NCBI GenBank assembly: GCA_002633005.1
Contig: NMRA01000088.1
Location: 430,186 to 494,185 of the forward strand
Origin: Phoronis australis
Lineage: Eukaryota; Animalia; Phoronida
Reading direction: 5' to 3'
Length of the DNA stretch: 64,000 nucleotides
Part shown: piece after piece, positions 40,286 to 54,187 of the stretch
Layout: every line of letters starts with the position of its first letter
How positions within the stretch are numbered: position 1 is the first letter of the stretch
Position numbers and translations under genes: made by a program
Notes under the pieces: model-generated
What the model was told of the DNA's origin: nothing
Seen by the model: only the letters and a program-made list of their open reading frames with translations
Database searches by the model: none

Positions 40286-42307
40286 AGTAGAATGGGACCT
40301 TTAATTTATTTTTGCTGTCACAATGCGTCACTTACTTTTGGACAAAATACAGGGTACAAAATGCATGGATGTGACTCGATAAAACAGCTTAAATCTAGAA
40401 CAGTATGTTTTTGAAAACCTAAACAGAAAGACTTACACAATCAGTACTGGAGTTTCTTTTGAATTATTGATTAGTTCAGGTTTCGTTATGACAAGATTAG
40501 CTCCCTTGTCCGCGAAGCGTGTTTGGCAATAGTTACACGTAAGAAGGCCAGAATACGTTGGAAAACCATGAGCTGGTCCTCATAGAATTTAACGTTTTAA
40601 AAACGTTTGAAACACGATTTTGTTTCCCTGAATGGAATGCTGGAACAGAGACGTGGACAATGTCCTTTTCCTTAGTATTAGCACGTTCTCCTGTTCCTTT
40701 GTTGTGGATGTTATAAAAATTTAATAGACGTCAAGTCCTGTCAAGACACAACTCATAATCACTATCTCTGGAATATAAAAACTCCTTTTTACGATCTATT
40801 ACAAAAAACCTTCGTTAGCATTTCTATACGTCTCAGTTGGAGTACACACGCTATTAAAGTTAACCCTTCACATATGTTATATAAGTAAAGCGATGAGTAT
40901 TAATATGGCCAATTTTATCCCTTTACCAAAACATAATTGCCGTGTCCCGAGGCTGTGTTTTGAAGATACCTTTCGAAAGCCCTCGGATATTCTCGCGGCT
41001 GAATGCGGTCTGGCAAAATATCGCCAGAGGTATAAAACCATTAGGCCCCCGAGACGAAGAAGGGTAGTAATTTACCAACTTCCATCGCGTGGACTTCGAC
41101 CATTCGATAATACTCCCCGCAGCGTTTCGCATAATGTCCGTGAATGGTGAAAGATAAGCTTTGAAATTATATTCAAAACTGCCAATTACAAAAGATTTGC
41201 TGACCGACCATTATGGCTTTCCCATTGAAGAGAAAATTATGTTCGCTAGCAGTACGATAGTCACTGCTATCTCTTTTTCTGCGACTTAATTTTCTGTCTC
41301 TGTTGAATGTTTTATAAATGCGGTAGAGGTGTTCATTTTCTAAACAAGCTCTACAGTCCATACAGATCAACAAAAAACAACAGAATTTTTTTAATTCAAA
41401 CAAGAGTATGCATAGCCTTAATTATCCAAGGGACCCTTCACAATTATCGCTATTTTCACAAGAGTTCAAACTGTGCACTTCACCCTCTCTCCCTACACGC
41501 GAAAGTGTACAAAATTCGCGATATTTTTCTTAGGTCTTTCTACCTGTTAAACTGCAACAAGAGTGCTTCAAAGTTAAATGGTAGTTTTGATTTCTGCAGT
41601 GACGTGGTATAAAATTAAAAGCACTATTTTCCAACAATTCGTATTTTGTTTTTTCCTAGTTGGTTCTTGGCGGTCTGGTAAACGTTGTACCAGACGTGCG
41701 CAGGCCGCGCATGTGTGTGTTAGGTGTTTTAGCCATTTTTGAAAGCCGGGAAAATAACAAGTTATTATGGAGAAAGCCTTTGCCCAAATTTTCGTCTCTC
41801 ATAGGTGCATTCAGGGCCAAATCTCAAGGAGAGGGTACTCGACTGTCTTTCACGGGTATGCATCTGAAAGAATAGGATATTCATCAATTTTACATCAATC
41901 TTCTAGTAAACTATTCAAAGCATTTTACTGCATAAAAGGTCCAGTGCGAGCCTCTGTGAATATTACAATTCCTTTGACGCTCCGTTTCAATGGCGTAAGT
42001 GAAATTTAACTTCATCAGTAAACCCATGCAGGTTGGAGGATGCCGATTTGTTGGTGTAAACTTCGTTTGCCCTCAACTCGTAGTTTACGGGCGACTGTTC
42101 TGTAACATCGCACAAAAGAAATGATTTTTTCAAACTTTGACGTGTGAAATAGTTTTACTGTCGTTCGTGGGAACAGAAAACTACATCTCGTCCATCAGTA
42201 TATTTCCCTGATATTTCCTGGGTTAATATTCTTGAAAATACTATGGATTTATGTTGCAGCTTCTCTTGTTAACACACTGAAACTTTTATGATGCGCATGT
42301 GCAATTA

Positions 42308-42458
42308 TAACGTTTAACTTCCTCTTGTATTTTAACGTTTAACTTCCTCTTGTATTTTAACGTTTAACTTCCTCTTGTATTTTGACGTTTAACTTCCTCT
42401 TGTATTTTAACCTTTAACTTCCTCTTGTATTTTAACCTTTAACTTCCTCTTGTATTTT
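42308..42458. repeat. 25-bp minisatellite, 6 copies
   Basis: Unit TAACGTTTAACTTCCTCTTGTATTT. Copy 4 has GACG and copies 5-6 have AACC. Confidence 0.97.
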
Positions 42459-45400
42459 GTCTTACTACCTGTTTCACACAAGCATCACAAAACGTCAGAA
42501 AACGCAATTAAGCAACGTAAACGATAAACTGGGGATAAACTGGGCGCTTTTTCAAGATTCTTCTCTGATTGTCTCCCTTGTACATGTAACTATTTACTGT
42601 TTCTATGACTCGAATCTAAAGACAACACCCCGGCGAATCTGGGGACAGCGCGTGAGTCTTGAAATAGTGGTATTTTATCTTGCCTCGTTATGTTTGTTGG
42701 AGTTTCGTTGCCATAGAAACCAAGAAAACTATTGTGACATGAGAGGACAGGGTTTTGATCTTCAAAATTAAGGAAGTGGAGTATTCATCACTTACGATAC
42801 AAAACATTAAAAGGGTCATACAAACTTTTCTCAAAATGAACGTGAACTGAGATTTCGTGTCTTTTGCCATAAAACAAGTAAAAACGTAGTTTTAATAGCT
42901 GAGCTATTTTAATCAAAATGCAAATCAACATTCCCTTAATCCCCTGCCAATCATTGGTACGTTATTCTGGCAGCTATAAATATATTTGTTGTTCTTAGCG
43001 CGAATGCAAACAGCGTTTGTATCCGAACCACAGTAAAGAGGGCAAAGTTAATAGGTGCAGTGGTTGTTACCAGTGTTTGGGAATACACAAATTAGCTCAT
43101 TGTGGTAGTTCACTTACAGAGGGCACGTACAATGCCTGTGTTAAGAAGTTATAATTCGTGATAAAACGCGTAACTTGATTTAAGCTGATGTTAATCCTTT
43201 ATGAAAATATTGAGGCATCACGACTCACTTGAGAACAACTAATTCCTCCAAACTAGACCCTGTTGAGGCCTGTCACCGAAAATGTTAAAGCAACCCTCTC
43301 ATTGTTGGTTATTAAGTCCAACATATTTCTTGTACGCGCGGTTGCATTTTTCGTGACAGTTTCGTGACATTGCAAATTTCAGTTTGGACATTGTGATGTA
43401 ATATGGCGCGAAGTGGCGCGTGAGATTAGCAGTGTTTTCTTACGGGTGTAAAGTAACTGTAATGGCCACGGGTCGAGGTGTCGGCGAAGAGAATGATTTT
43501 CTGAGACCGGTCTCTTCGTGGAATCGAATCTGCAACCCCCGCGGTCGCAGTCCAACGCTTTGCTGGTGGCGCTGAAAACCCCACACCATAAATGGTAGAG
43601 CGCATTTCACTGGTGAAGATCCTGAACTTGATTTCAACGAATGTCTGACAGACAACGACAACAATGGGGTATTTGAAAAATCACTAAAACACAACGGATT
43701 TTGTTGTCGTTTTGTAGCTCTGGTCAAATCTAATAACTGCAAGCGCTCCATCCTATCCACGAATGTATTTTCAACAGTAAAACCGATAATGTCCCATTAA
43801 AATAATACCTTATTTGATACCAAGTATAAATTCAAGAAGTTAAATATTAAACATGAGAAAACGGATTCTGTTGTCCACAATTTTTTTAAATAGTATGATA
43901 CTACTAGTTTTAAGCCCACGTTTAAAGTTGATTTTAGCTAGTCTTCTGTAACAACTTAAACTGGTTCCTTTTATTGAAAAAATTAATTCAGCTCTTTAAC
44001 AAACTGTGTGTTTCCCGTTGTAGGTCTTGGTTTAGACTTTGTAAAGCTGTGACATTTTAGGCGAACAGAGCCTAGATTGATATTTCTGGCATTAGTCTGC
44101 GTTTCGCGGGAATGACTGCTTATGTCCATCACCAATGGGGCCATAAGGATTTTCCTTTAGTTTTACTTTTGTCAAAATATTTTTCACAGATGCGTGACCG
44201 TCGTGATGTCGTCGCTCCGTAGAACAATGTATAGTGCAATGGAAAAGCCACAATACTTCTGGGTAATAACTTTTGTTTGTAATTCTGACTCATGGATTCA
44301 TATTGCATGAGTATCAATCGCTGATCTCAGCCACCAGACGGTACTGTTTGCTCTAGGGTCAGGCCTCATGTATACTAATGATCAAGCAATGGCCCCGGGG
44401 TTCATAGGCTTTTATCTGTCTCCGTATGTGAACGAGAGTGAATCTCTTTGTGTAGTGAAAACTGCGTCTTGTCAATCGTGGATGGGAGACGTTACTGACG
44501 ATGCTGGGGACATCTAAATTGTATATTTGCTGGGGAGTGATTTTTTCTGAATTCAAAATCACTTGCATCCGTATATCGTTATACATCCGTCAATATTTAA
44601 CGATTTTTGCCAGATTTTTCTAAAATGAATGTTGGGCAACTTCTGAATATGATTTTAAAATTCGTATTAATCTCGAAAAAATTGGGGGAGGTTTCGCTTG
44701 ATGTTAGTATAGCTGGGTGAAGGGGACATTCATGTTCTTGGACAGGGGGAATTGATATACGCATTTCATAAATGATTGGAAATCGTGCAGCGCAGCTTCA
44801 CGAGCTTACCACGTTTGTAAGCGAATTGTGGAAATTAAAACTGAACTCGTATCTAGCCTGTAAAATTCAATATATAGGACGACATATTTCTCTGTTGTTA
44901 TTCCACAATTTCGTCGATCTGTAATTGGAAATACTGCAGCCACGCACCAGAAAATTGTTGAAACAGAATTTGCCACTTACGCATCAAAGTCGTTAAATAT
45001 TTTTCGCGAATTACACATCGATTCTGATGAATTGCGAATGCGTTTACTCGAATTGGAAGCGCAACTTTAGCCGCCACAAAACCAACACTTGAATTATTGG
45101 CTATGAAGCCACTACTTAGAACAGATTGGAGGTATTTTTACTGTAGTCCCTTTTTTGTCTCTTTGTTAATTAGACTTAAGTTAAAGTGGAAGCGAAAGAG
45201 AATAAATATAATAATCGCGGTGTTATAGACCGCATTGATAACTGAACACTAATTACGAGTAATCCCCCATTTACTGAAAATGCATTTCATCCATAAAACA
45301 ATTAGGAATCTAATCACGAAACACAGTTTCATGTCGAATTGATGAATTGTTTAAACAGAATTTTCTGCACAACTCGTATTTTTCGCACAACGGAAACAAA

Positions 45401-45809
45401 AGCGTGCGGTCACATTTTTTGTACAGCTGAGTTTAAACCAGTTATGGAGGTAATCCCCGCCTTCTACTGAATACTGTGCTGCGATTGGTTGATATTTAAC
45501 ATAGTGACATACATAGGACATAATGCAAGTGTCGCTTTTGCAACTGCACACTTTCACTGAATATTAGAAAACAGAAATGGATAAATGGTTTTAAGACGTG
45601 TAATGCTCCGATATAAGCGTATTGTGGAGACGTCATTCAATACTTGGTTGTGTGTGAGTGTGGTTTATTTGTAAACCTCGCTTGGCATGAAACAAGATTT
45701 GTCGTGGTGAAAGGTCTGACAATCGCAGTGTCGCCAAAGTGCCCATCTCGTAACAAGCACGACTCTAAAGAAGAATGGAGTTAAAGAGTGAAAGCAGACG
45801 ATACTCTTG

Positions 45810-45895
45810 AGTACCCGCCCTCATCCAATCACAAGTCTCCAATTCATTGTATCCGTGACACGCCGGAGGCTATTGATAAATTTCAATAGGCGGAC
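45810..45895 (+). promoter_or_regulatory. Putative internal promoter or enhancer
   Basis: CCCGCCC (45814-45820), CCAATCA (45825-45831), CCAAT (45839-45843), adjacent Sox-like CATTGT and AP-2 consensus GCCGGAGGC (45862-45870), all within 60 bp. Confidence 0.45.
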
Positions 45896-46132
45896 GAATT
45901 TGATTTGCTGCTTGAGTGAAGAGTTAAATTCCCAACGTGAATGAGAAGAACCTGTTTGCTTGTTAGTTGTCCTGTATTACGCGAGGACCATTGTTTTTGG
46001 GAGTCACTCTGAGAATCCCTGGAGTACTTGATGATACGCCCTAGGACACTGAAAGGATATCCATAGCTGGCGGTCAAACGGACTAGATGTTCCCGCGGCA
46101 CAGTGGGCATTTCTGACCATTGCGTACCCTAA

Positions 46133-46270
46133 ATGGCCCAACTGAGTCCTCATCGTAACAGAGATTTACAAGAAACCTACAAGAGTAAAGGACGACCATC
46201 ATCTGCAGATTACGCAAGCCACACGAAAGTCGACGACATGCCTTCCGCATTTGGAGCCGTGGATTCAGAG
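46133..46270 (+). CDS. TFAP2: Candidate proximal alternative first exon (46 aa, MAQLSPHRNR...GAVDSE, phase 0)
   Basis: Open hydrophilic frame ending GAG|GTGTTT (weak donor) in phase 0, downstream of a GC-box/CCAAT cluster at 45814-45870. Confidence 0.3.
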
Positions 46271-48505
46271 GTGTTTTTTGTATTCAATATTGTCCATGTT
46301 ACTTTTTGCCCTTCGGCGATCATCCATTGTATCCTTCGCACTTCATAGAGCCAGTCAATTTTCCATGTTTAATTGTTAAGTCGCTTGCTTCATACAATAT
46401 GATCGCTTTCAATGAATGATTTTGCTCGAAGCGAGAAAACCGTCTCGAATTCATAACCATGGCTGGCCATGAATCGCAAGGGCCGCGGGTATTTGTGGTA
46501 TCGTATAAAACATTTCCCGTTAAACTGAGCGAAAACATTTCGCCTTTCATTCCTTACGCTTGGACGTTCGTGACTTTGGAGCTCTGGTAGAAAGTGCTTT
46601 GGTTAATGGTCGTTTACATTCTAAAGCGTGCTGGTTCGTAGGGAGAATATAACCCGTCGGATCCGCTTTGTTATTTTTACGTCCTTCACGGAATAATGGG
46701 AGTTCGACGAGATTGAAGCGGCTTATGAAATTTCCTGCGTCTTTGTAGCAATGGCTGAACAGCGGTAACGTAGATTTTTTAAAGTTAGACTCTAATTATT
46801 TTGCACCCCTTGATGTGTACATCGAGTATGTCTCAACTAAAGCTCAATACACGCAAAAATAACATGTTTGTCAAGAGTTAAACGTTTCTTATTACCTTCT
46901 CTGTACTAAATGTGTTCCTTTTGTACTTTCGACTTCCAAATGTTTCGGTTGGTCATCGATGAAAAGAGACAAAATGATTTGTACGCTCAAATTCTATGTC
47001 GATTTTATTACACACGTAGTTTCGATGTTCCGTGGACCCTATGCCTACACACAGATGTTGTTCCATTTTTGTAATAATTTTAGATCCATTATTAATTTCA
47101 AGACGTTCTATCACTTGCCACCATTAGCACTACACGACTATAAATTGGCTTATGAGAAATTTGTTTTTGTATTGTTCATGATATGGATTCGATGAAATTG
47201 TTGTTTGCAAATTTTTGTGTCCCAAAGGCAAGTCAACAAGTGACAGTATATTAATTCCGGTGGTTGAATCACAACGTATAGAACTGTTCAATTGACTCGA
47301 TATTTCACACCACACCTTTCGACGCTTTCAAGCTAAAACTCTCGTCATGACGATGAAGAACGGCGAAGCGGGTATAATTTCCTAGCTAACCCCACCTTAA
47401 TTTCCCAAATAGTTCCGTTTTATTGTTAGTGCACGACTGTTTGTCATGTTTACCTGTAATTACATCGGATTGTGATCAGTTGTTGCCTTTCAAGGAGAGA
47501 TGGTAATTCGCTATTCGTAACTTTTAAATGGCAATGCATGCAGCGTTCAAAACAACCCTTTTCAAAGGATACATTGAAAGTGTGGAGAATTACCACTGAC
47601 TTTGCTGGTACTTCAAGACTGAAGATTTCGGAGTCTTGTATAATCCCCGGAATTTTCTTGCTGTTCTTTAGAATTTACTTGTACGACCCTGACCAAGTGT
47701 ACGGTATAAACTTCACGTCGCATTGTGCAGATTGTGCAATTTTCACCGGAAAGTTATTCAAAACTTAACGAAACAATTATTTATTTGTTGCACATCGTTG
47801 TTTTTCTCCTGTCCTATAATTCTTTGTTCAGAATTATTTTCATCGATGGATTTGGCTCACGAGGGATACGTTTTGAGTTTTAACTAAAAAAATTATTACA
47901 TCTATTACGTCTGCGCAAATTCGACATCTTCTGACCTTGACGAACGGTCACTAAACAGGAACGATTCATAACGGAGCTTTAGCAGAACAGGACCACAAGT
48001 TGGTTATGTATTACGATTTTAAAACTGTGTGCCTGGATTTTGTGTCGGCTGAAGACGAGTTAAGCTAACGAAACTTTATTACATTGGCGTCAGCTATTTT
48101 CATTTCTTTAAAAATGTCTGCGTGCCTTGGTAACTGTTTCTTACACATATCAATCGGCCATAATATACAGAATTGCATAAAATATACTATAGTGTTTTAT
48201 TTTATATTATAAACTATAAGACAGATTTTGTTCAAGCAAGCGTCATTTTACTTTTACGTCACCGCAATTTGTCTTCTTAGAGTTGTTTAATTTTTTGAAA
48301 TGACGTTCGTGCTAGAACTGTCAATGAAACAAGGGTGTTATTGTTAGACTAACTCCAACGCGGTTAGTCGAGCGGAATCTATTCACATGTAATTTGCACC
48401 GTTAGAGGCCTGAAGTTTCGACCTCCACGAAGCCGACAGAGTCACAATTTTCATTTTTGGTCGAATATTAAATTTCATGCTTTAACGTTTACTCTTCTCT
48501 TGCAG

Positions 48506-48952
48506 GACCGGCGTGATTTCCCCGTGCCAGGAAGCCTGGCATTGGTCACTAGCACACCATCCGGAAGTAGTTTCTCGTCCCCAGCTCAACAGCGGCTATC
48601 TCACCACCCCGCCGGGGACTTCCAACCGCCATACTTCCCACCCCCCTACAACCACCTTCCTCCTCAACAGACGGTGGACTTCGGCCACCACCATCCCCTG
48701 AACGCAGATCCTTACTCGCCGTTCCCGCCCCATCCTTCCACCCAGTCGTACCCGCAGCTCTCGCATGTGGACAGGCGCGACCCGAGGCGAGACGATCCCC
48801 TTCAGGGCTTGATACCGCCCTATCCCACGGACCCCTATATGCGTACGAGAGATATGAGCATCATGCCAAGACATCTGCCCGATCACCACGCGATGGAGCT
48901 CATGCACAGTTCCGGACTACCAGCGCTACCTAGTGTGGATAGTGACATTCAG
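48506..48952 (+). CDS. TFAP2: AP-2 exon 2: proline/glutamine-rich activation domain with PY motif (DRRD...LSHHPAGDFQPPYFPPPY...SDIQ)
   Basis: Polypyrimidine acceptor ctcttctcttgcAG|GAC, donor CAG|GTAGGC, 447 nt = 149 codons, phase 0-0. DFQPPYFPPPY is the AP-2 family signature and the DR-x-D exon start matches vertebrate exon 2. GC-rich relative to flanks. Confidence 0.96.
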
Positions 48953-51048
48953 GTAGGCACAAAAAGATGGATACCGACAACAGTTTATTCCATTGTTCAT
49001 TGATATTAATATTAAAACGGCAATCGGGGAATAAACGATTTTGGCTTTTGACAAAAGTAGAGCTCGTAAAAACGCAGGTAATTGACGTGTTGTACACCAC
49101 GAATTTTATAGATGGAAAACTTCCACTTTAGCTAAACTTAAGAGATTTTCGGATCTGAAGTTTATTAAACACGTCTGTAGCAGTTATAACGGAAACCATA
49201 GTTAATTGTCAGCTGAAATAGCTTGTGCGCAGATGTCATAGCACAGATGACGAGTCAATATAGTCGACCTATTGTTATGGATATGGAATAGGTTAGAATT
49301 CGCGGAAATTCTATTTCAGCTATATTCCGTAACAGATGTCATTATATATTCCCCCTGTTTAAAAATGCATAATGTTTGGTTTTCGATGAAATCAACAGAC
49401 CTCCAGTATCTCTCATTGAAGGGAACCGAGTTAGAAAGAATATGTGTATTCTGTGTGGATTGTATTTACGTGTGCTATCATTTCGTATATTGATCTCACC
49501 TCTCTTTACAATATCAGCGAAGTGGAACGGTACTATTTGATCTGATGTAAATGTCAGATTGTTTTCTTACACCTGCGCGAGATCTTACGTATTGTATGCA
49601 ATCAAGTTAGTGCGGTTTCTTATAATGTCACATTCCACAGTCCGTGAGAGTCTCTTTGATGGGCGGATTGCCAAGAATTTTCCCTATTATCAAGTGGTCC
49701 AAAATGTGATTGGTTCAGAATTTCGGCAAAGGTTTATTCAAAACAAAACTATTTGTCTGCGTGAAGTTACTTGTGCGGAATGATGACATCGTTAAAACAT
49801 TTTCAAGAAAAACACCAGAGCTGTGGTAGAAAAAATAAAAAGAGATGATTTAGCTTAAATAATCGAAGTACATGCGAAAAGCGGCGTTTCTATCAGGCAC
49901 CACTCAAGGCACGTTGCACCGATAAACAGCACGGCTGCTTTGGATTAAAACGTTGAACTTTCATTGTGTTCGCATAACGTCCTGGGCGATGATTCCACAG
50001 CGTCCAATGCAATGCATCTCGGATGTAGGAAATACAGCGTGTTGATAGAACGGATTTTTGTACCTGACCAAATCACGCATTTGCTGACTCAGGGTTGCGT
50101 CAGTAACAATGTACGGTTTGAACATGCTGCGCTCATAACGCAAACAAGAAATCTCTGTGTTACTTTGATATAAGCTACTTGCCATTACGTAATCAGTGTT
50201 GATGACAGTGCTGCATTTATTTTCTCTTGGTCTCCAAATATATTTTTATATTCATTGCTGGTATTACTTGGATATAATGAACAGGCACAAAACATAAGAC
50301 CAATTAGTTACGACTCGTGAGATATAATTCATTACACTAAGGATTGCAAAATGCGAAGGCGTTGAATTTTACATCACGATTAGAAACGAAATAGCTTAAA
50401 ATAGCAGTCGTTGTTGACACAAAAGCGTTGTGCATTCTGGCATAAATGAAATGCAACCTTAGAGATTCAATGTGCCACCATCTTGTTTTCAAAAGGAACT
50501 GCGTCACGGTTGACTGAAGACGTAGAAAAACAAAATGAATAAAAACCAAGGCAAACAACACGGGCATGACAGTAAAAACAAATCAGAGAACACTCGATAA
50601 TAACACGTTTGAGTAACAATAGATGACCTCCACCGCAGATCTCGGTGCAAATTCACTAAACACGAGACTCTCAGCTCTTGTCCCTGTTAATTCCGACACC
50701 TGAAACCGCGCTTGTTAAAAAAGTCTGTTGATTAAGTCATTTCTCATATTGAATCAGGTGCTTAGTCAACAATGACAAGGAATTAGGTTATATACTCTAA
50801 CCAAAGCCGGGGTGACCGAGGGGTCATGGTCTTTAAACACGGATGACATTCGCAAATGTTTCTCCGAGGAGATAATCCTGAAAATGGAAAATGATCGACT
50901 TCCAACCACAGGGGCTCTGTTGCACGTGCTTGGTTCCTGATCTCATATCTTGAAAGGCTTTTGCGTTCTGCTGATGTGAATATAGTTACAGCTCATGGAG
51001 CCAAATTATTCAAATATACTCTTTCATTTCACTTCTCTGGTACGTAAT

Positions 51049-51499
51049 CCAAATGGTGCTCTTTCAAAGTAACATCGACATTTTCATAGTGAACGAAATT
51101 CAATTTCGAATTTCTAAGTCTAGTTTTTCAATTTCTGGTTGTATACCAACAAAATGGCTTCCACAATTGAGTAGCACTGAACTTCATTATTGATGAAAAG
51201 TCGATACTGAGAAACTTGCATACACACGTGGCTGCAACTAGAAAATGCTCATATTTTAGTGATGCCCTATGAGGGTTTTGAAAATCACCAGTCGAGGGAC
51301 ATCACTAAAACAGGATTATTTCGTAACTCACAGCTGTCTACGTGTTTCCTTTTTGACGGTAATTATATAAAGTAAAGTTTCAATGCTGTTCAATTGTGGC
51401 GGCCATTCTGTTAGTACACTACCAAAAATCTAAAAGCGATTTCGAAAATTCTGTGTTTATTCTAAATTGTTTGTGTGTGCATTTGAAAGCATCATTTGG
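51049..51499. mobile_element. ~450-bp imperfect palindrome (foldback/MITE-like) in intron 2
   Basis: Three nested inverted arm pairs: the outer ends, 51137-51184 with 51375-51423, and 51254-51268 with 51295-51310. Confidence 0.75.
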
Positions 51500-53959
51500 T
51501 CACACGTTCAAACTAGATTGGTTTGCGGTCAAATTCTTGTTATAAAGTTTCCATGAAAAGACATAGCAGGAAGTATCTTTAAGTCAAAATTGATTCATTA
51601 ACTTATAAGCAAATATCCATGGGCGCTAAATTTGTGAATCCAATGAAACTTCTTACTCGTGGTTTCTAGGTTACTGACGAAGCAAGGCATGAGATCGGGA
51701 GTCCAGATAGTGACAACGAGGTGAGGAAACTCTCACAAACGCACGCGCTTATTTCTCTCGAACACACCCAAATTACCCTAACTGAAGGCACAAGAGTGTT
51801 TGAATCTGCTTTCAAACACAGTGCATGATTTTCACGCATGCCCATTAGTACCCATATGTCACGTGACCCACACGCTTTCTAACTCTCTCTGCAGGATCCG
51901 AGACTTTGTTTCCTAATCGCAATTATTAGAGATTTTAGACAATCCCTGCTTTGGATATTTTGCTTTAGAATGTTTATTTTTGATCACGGCTAATTATCGA
52001 AATTTCTTTGCCAGTATTGAAGATTGTCGTTTATGTCCATGTTCATGAGCGTGTATTCAAAACAAACGAGCGTTCCATCAGATCTTCCACCAAAGATGAA
52101 GGGTGAAGTTATCGAACAGACGTTTTTCATACACGTAAATTGGTTTGCTGTAGCCCTGCAGAAAAATTCCACCAAACAGTATATGTATACACTAATACAA
52201 AATAATATAAAGTATCATACGATTCCATTTAATTTCATATAAAATAATAGTATAAATATATATAGCTGGTATGATTTATCTTTGAGACTGCATAATCACG
52301 GAGAAGTTCACTGATTTTGGTTCATAACCGAGAGCATAATTTGTCGCAGATGAGACGTACGACCAACCGCAAATCGTTTATTTTCAGTTCCCCAATTATT
52401 CCATGACTTGTAAATTATTTTTCTTCCTTTCAAACGCCACAGTCACAGGCGTCTAAGTATTCTCCTAAGTCCAACTGCGTCTGTGCCGTCGTCGACTCGG
52501 GTTGCTGTTTGCATAAAAGAGACAAATACGTCACAAAGAAATCCATTGTATCGACGGTTTATAACGTAAACAAATACGCGAAACTATTGACTGTCTGGAG
52601 GAAAAAATATGTCATAACGAATTACATAGCTTGGTACAACTTGATACATGAGATGTGCTACAGCACTATGCATTAGAACAAATTCTTAAATTTCTTTTTT
52701 TCTATCAATAATCGCAAAAGTTGAAAAGGCAAGTTGTTCAAGCCGCGAGTGATTGAAATGTTTGCATTGCACAAAAGCAACGGCAAACTACAAAGTAAAC
52801 ACAATAATTTCTACTTTTTATGCTGTGTAATCAAGGCAAATCGATGTTACTTCGTTTTTCTTCTTTCAAGTCAAGACGTCGACATAATACAATGGTCACT
52901 TAGTTCCTTGTCTCTTTTTCCAACCATAAAATGCGATTTGATTACAAAGTTCAGTGACTGTCATTTTGCGAAATTGTCATCGACGACTCCACTTGTCTAG
53001 CCAATTGTAATATCTTCCAAGCGAGCGGGGCGGAAAGCAATCTGTGCACGTTCATAAAAATAGTCTTTCCAGTTGTAATTGTGAACTCTGGGCGACCCGA
53101 TGATCGAGTTCCATTTGAGAAATAATTTGATGTCGCCTTCGCAAATCCACCATGACATCGCAGGATGCTTTCGTAGTTGTTACAATACCCGAGAGTCCAA
53201 TGATATCAATTAGAATTTCGGGTTAGTTTATTTGGTTTATGCCTTACACCGATCAGCCATACATATACGTCAACGGGTCTTTCAGCGTCGATCATTGTAT
53301 CATTTCAATAGCATTTCAGGCACGTGGTATCATGTGGGAGATTTTAAAACAATGTTGAAATAATCTCTTTCTACTTAGTTATCAGTAAGAAATGATGAGA
53401 ATCTTGTTCATTGTTCTCTATCGGAAGACTGAGAATGCGAAAACGTTTTGAAAGACATTTGTGCTTACATTTCATAAAATTTAAATCAGTGGAAATGGCT
53501 TGAGCTAGATAATCAAGTTGAGCTGTGTTTAGCAAATGGGTCCGAGTTGGATAAAATTAAACCTGTGCACATAAATAACACGTTGCATACATGAATAATC
53601 GATCGACGTGTAAAAACTAATGTAGTGTCGTTGGTTCCGATTCATTTTTCTCCGAGAGCCATTTAGTCAATGATATTGAGTAGTTAGTTGCTAATGCTCT
53701 CTTTGAGATGTTCTAGCTAAAACCGTTCTTGTATTTTTACAAAGTATTAACTCATACGAAGGCGTCTTTTGCATGAAAATAGCCCAATGCAAATGGACCT
53801 GAGTGCTGAGTCATGTGTCATTCTGAATGCTACGGAGTCAAACAGTAGAATTGAGACTGGATTTGCTCCATGTTCGTGACAATTGCTTTGACATATGATA
53901 TGTATTGTGAGTCAGAGATTTTTGCAGTTTAATTACACAAAAAACAACTTTTGATTTAA

Positions 53960-54187
53960 ATCACTTACCGTTAAGAAATTGATCTGTAATTGTTCCTTGG
54001 TCAAAATAGGTGTGATTTCTGAGGTTTGAAAGGTCGGTATTGCTCGAGACTAGGCTCTACAAGTTGACTTGTCACGGTGGGTTATTTTATTCGCCGAGCA
54101 CTGTCAGTTGTTTGCAAGACACCAAAATCACTTCTCATCTGAATAATGAACAAGTTGAGACCAATTTTTACAGCGGCCAGTGGTCAT
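53960..54187 (-). mobile_element. MITE-like family A copy, inverted orientation
   Basis: AAATCACTTCTCATCTGAATAATGAACAAGTTGAGACCAATTT and GAGACTAGGCTCTACAAGTTGACTTGTCACG match the reverse complement of segments of 34257-34520. Confidence 0.78.

Noticed and set aside
40038-40331. Repeat-protein-like ORFs on both strands
   Set aside because: The 60-bp unit is a multiple of 3 and lacks stops by chance. It is an intronic minisatellite.
41690-41860. KLLWRK peptide resembling the vertebrate MLWK N-terminus near NRF1-like motifs
   Set aside because: No phase-0 donor found in the ATG-containing frames.
40040-42458. CRISPR-like arrays
   Set aside because: Head-to-tail repeats without unique spacers, no cas genes, eukaryotic context.
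48596-48907. Antisense 103-aa ORF
   Set aside because: Shadow of the GC-rich AP-2 exon 2.
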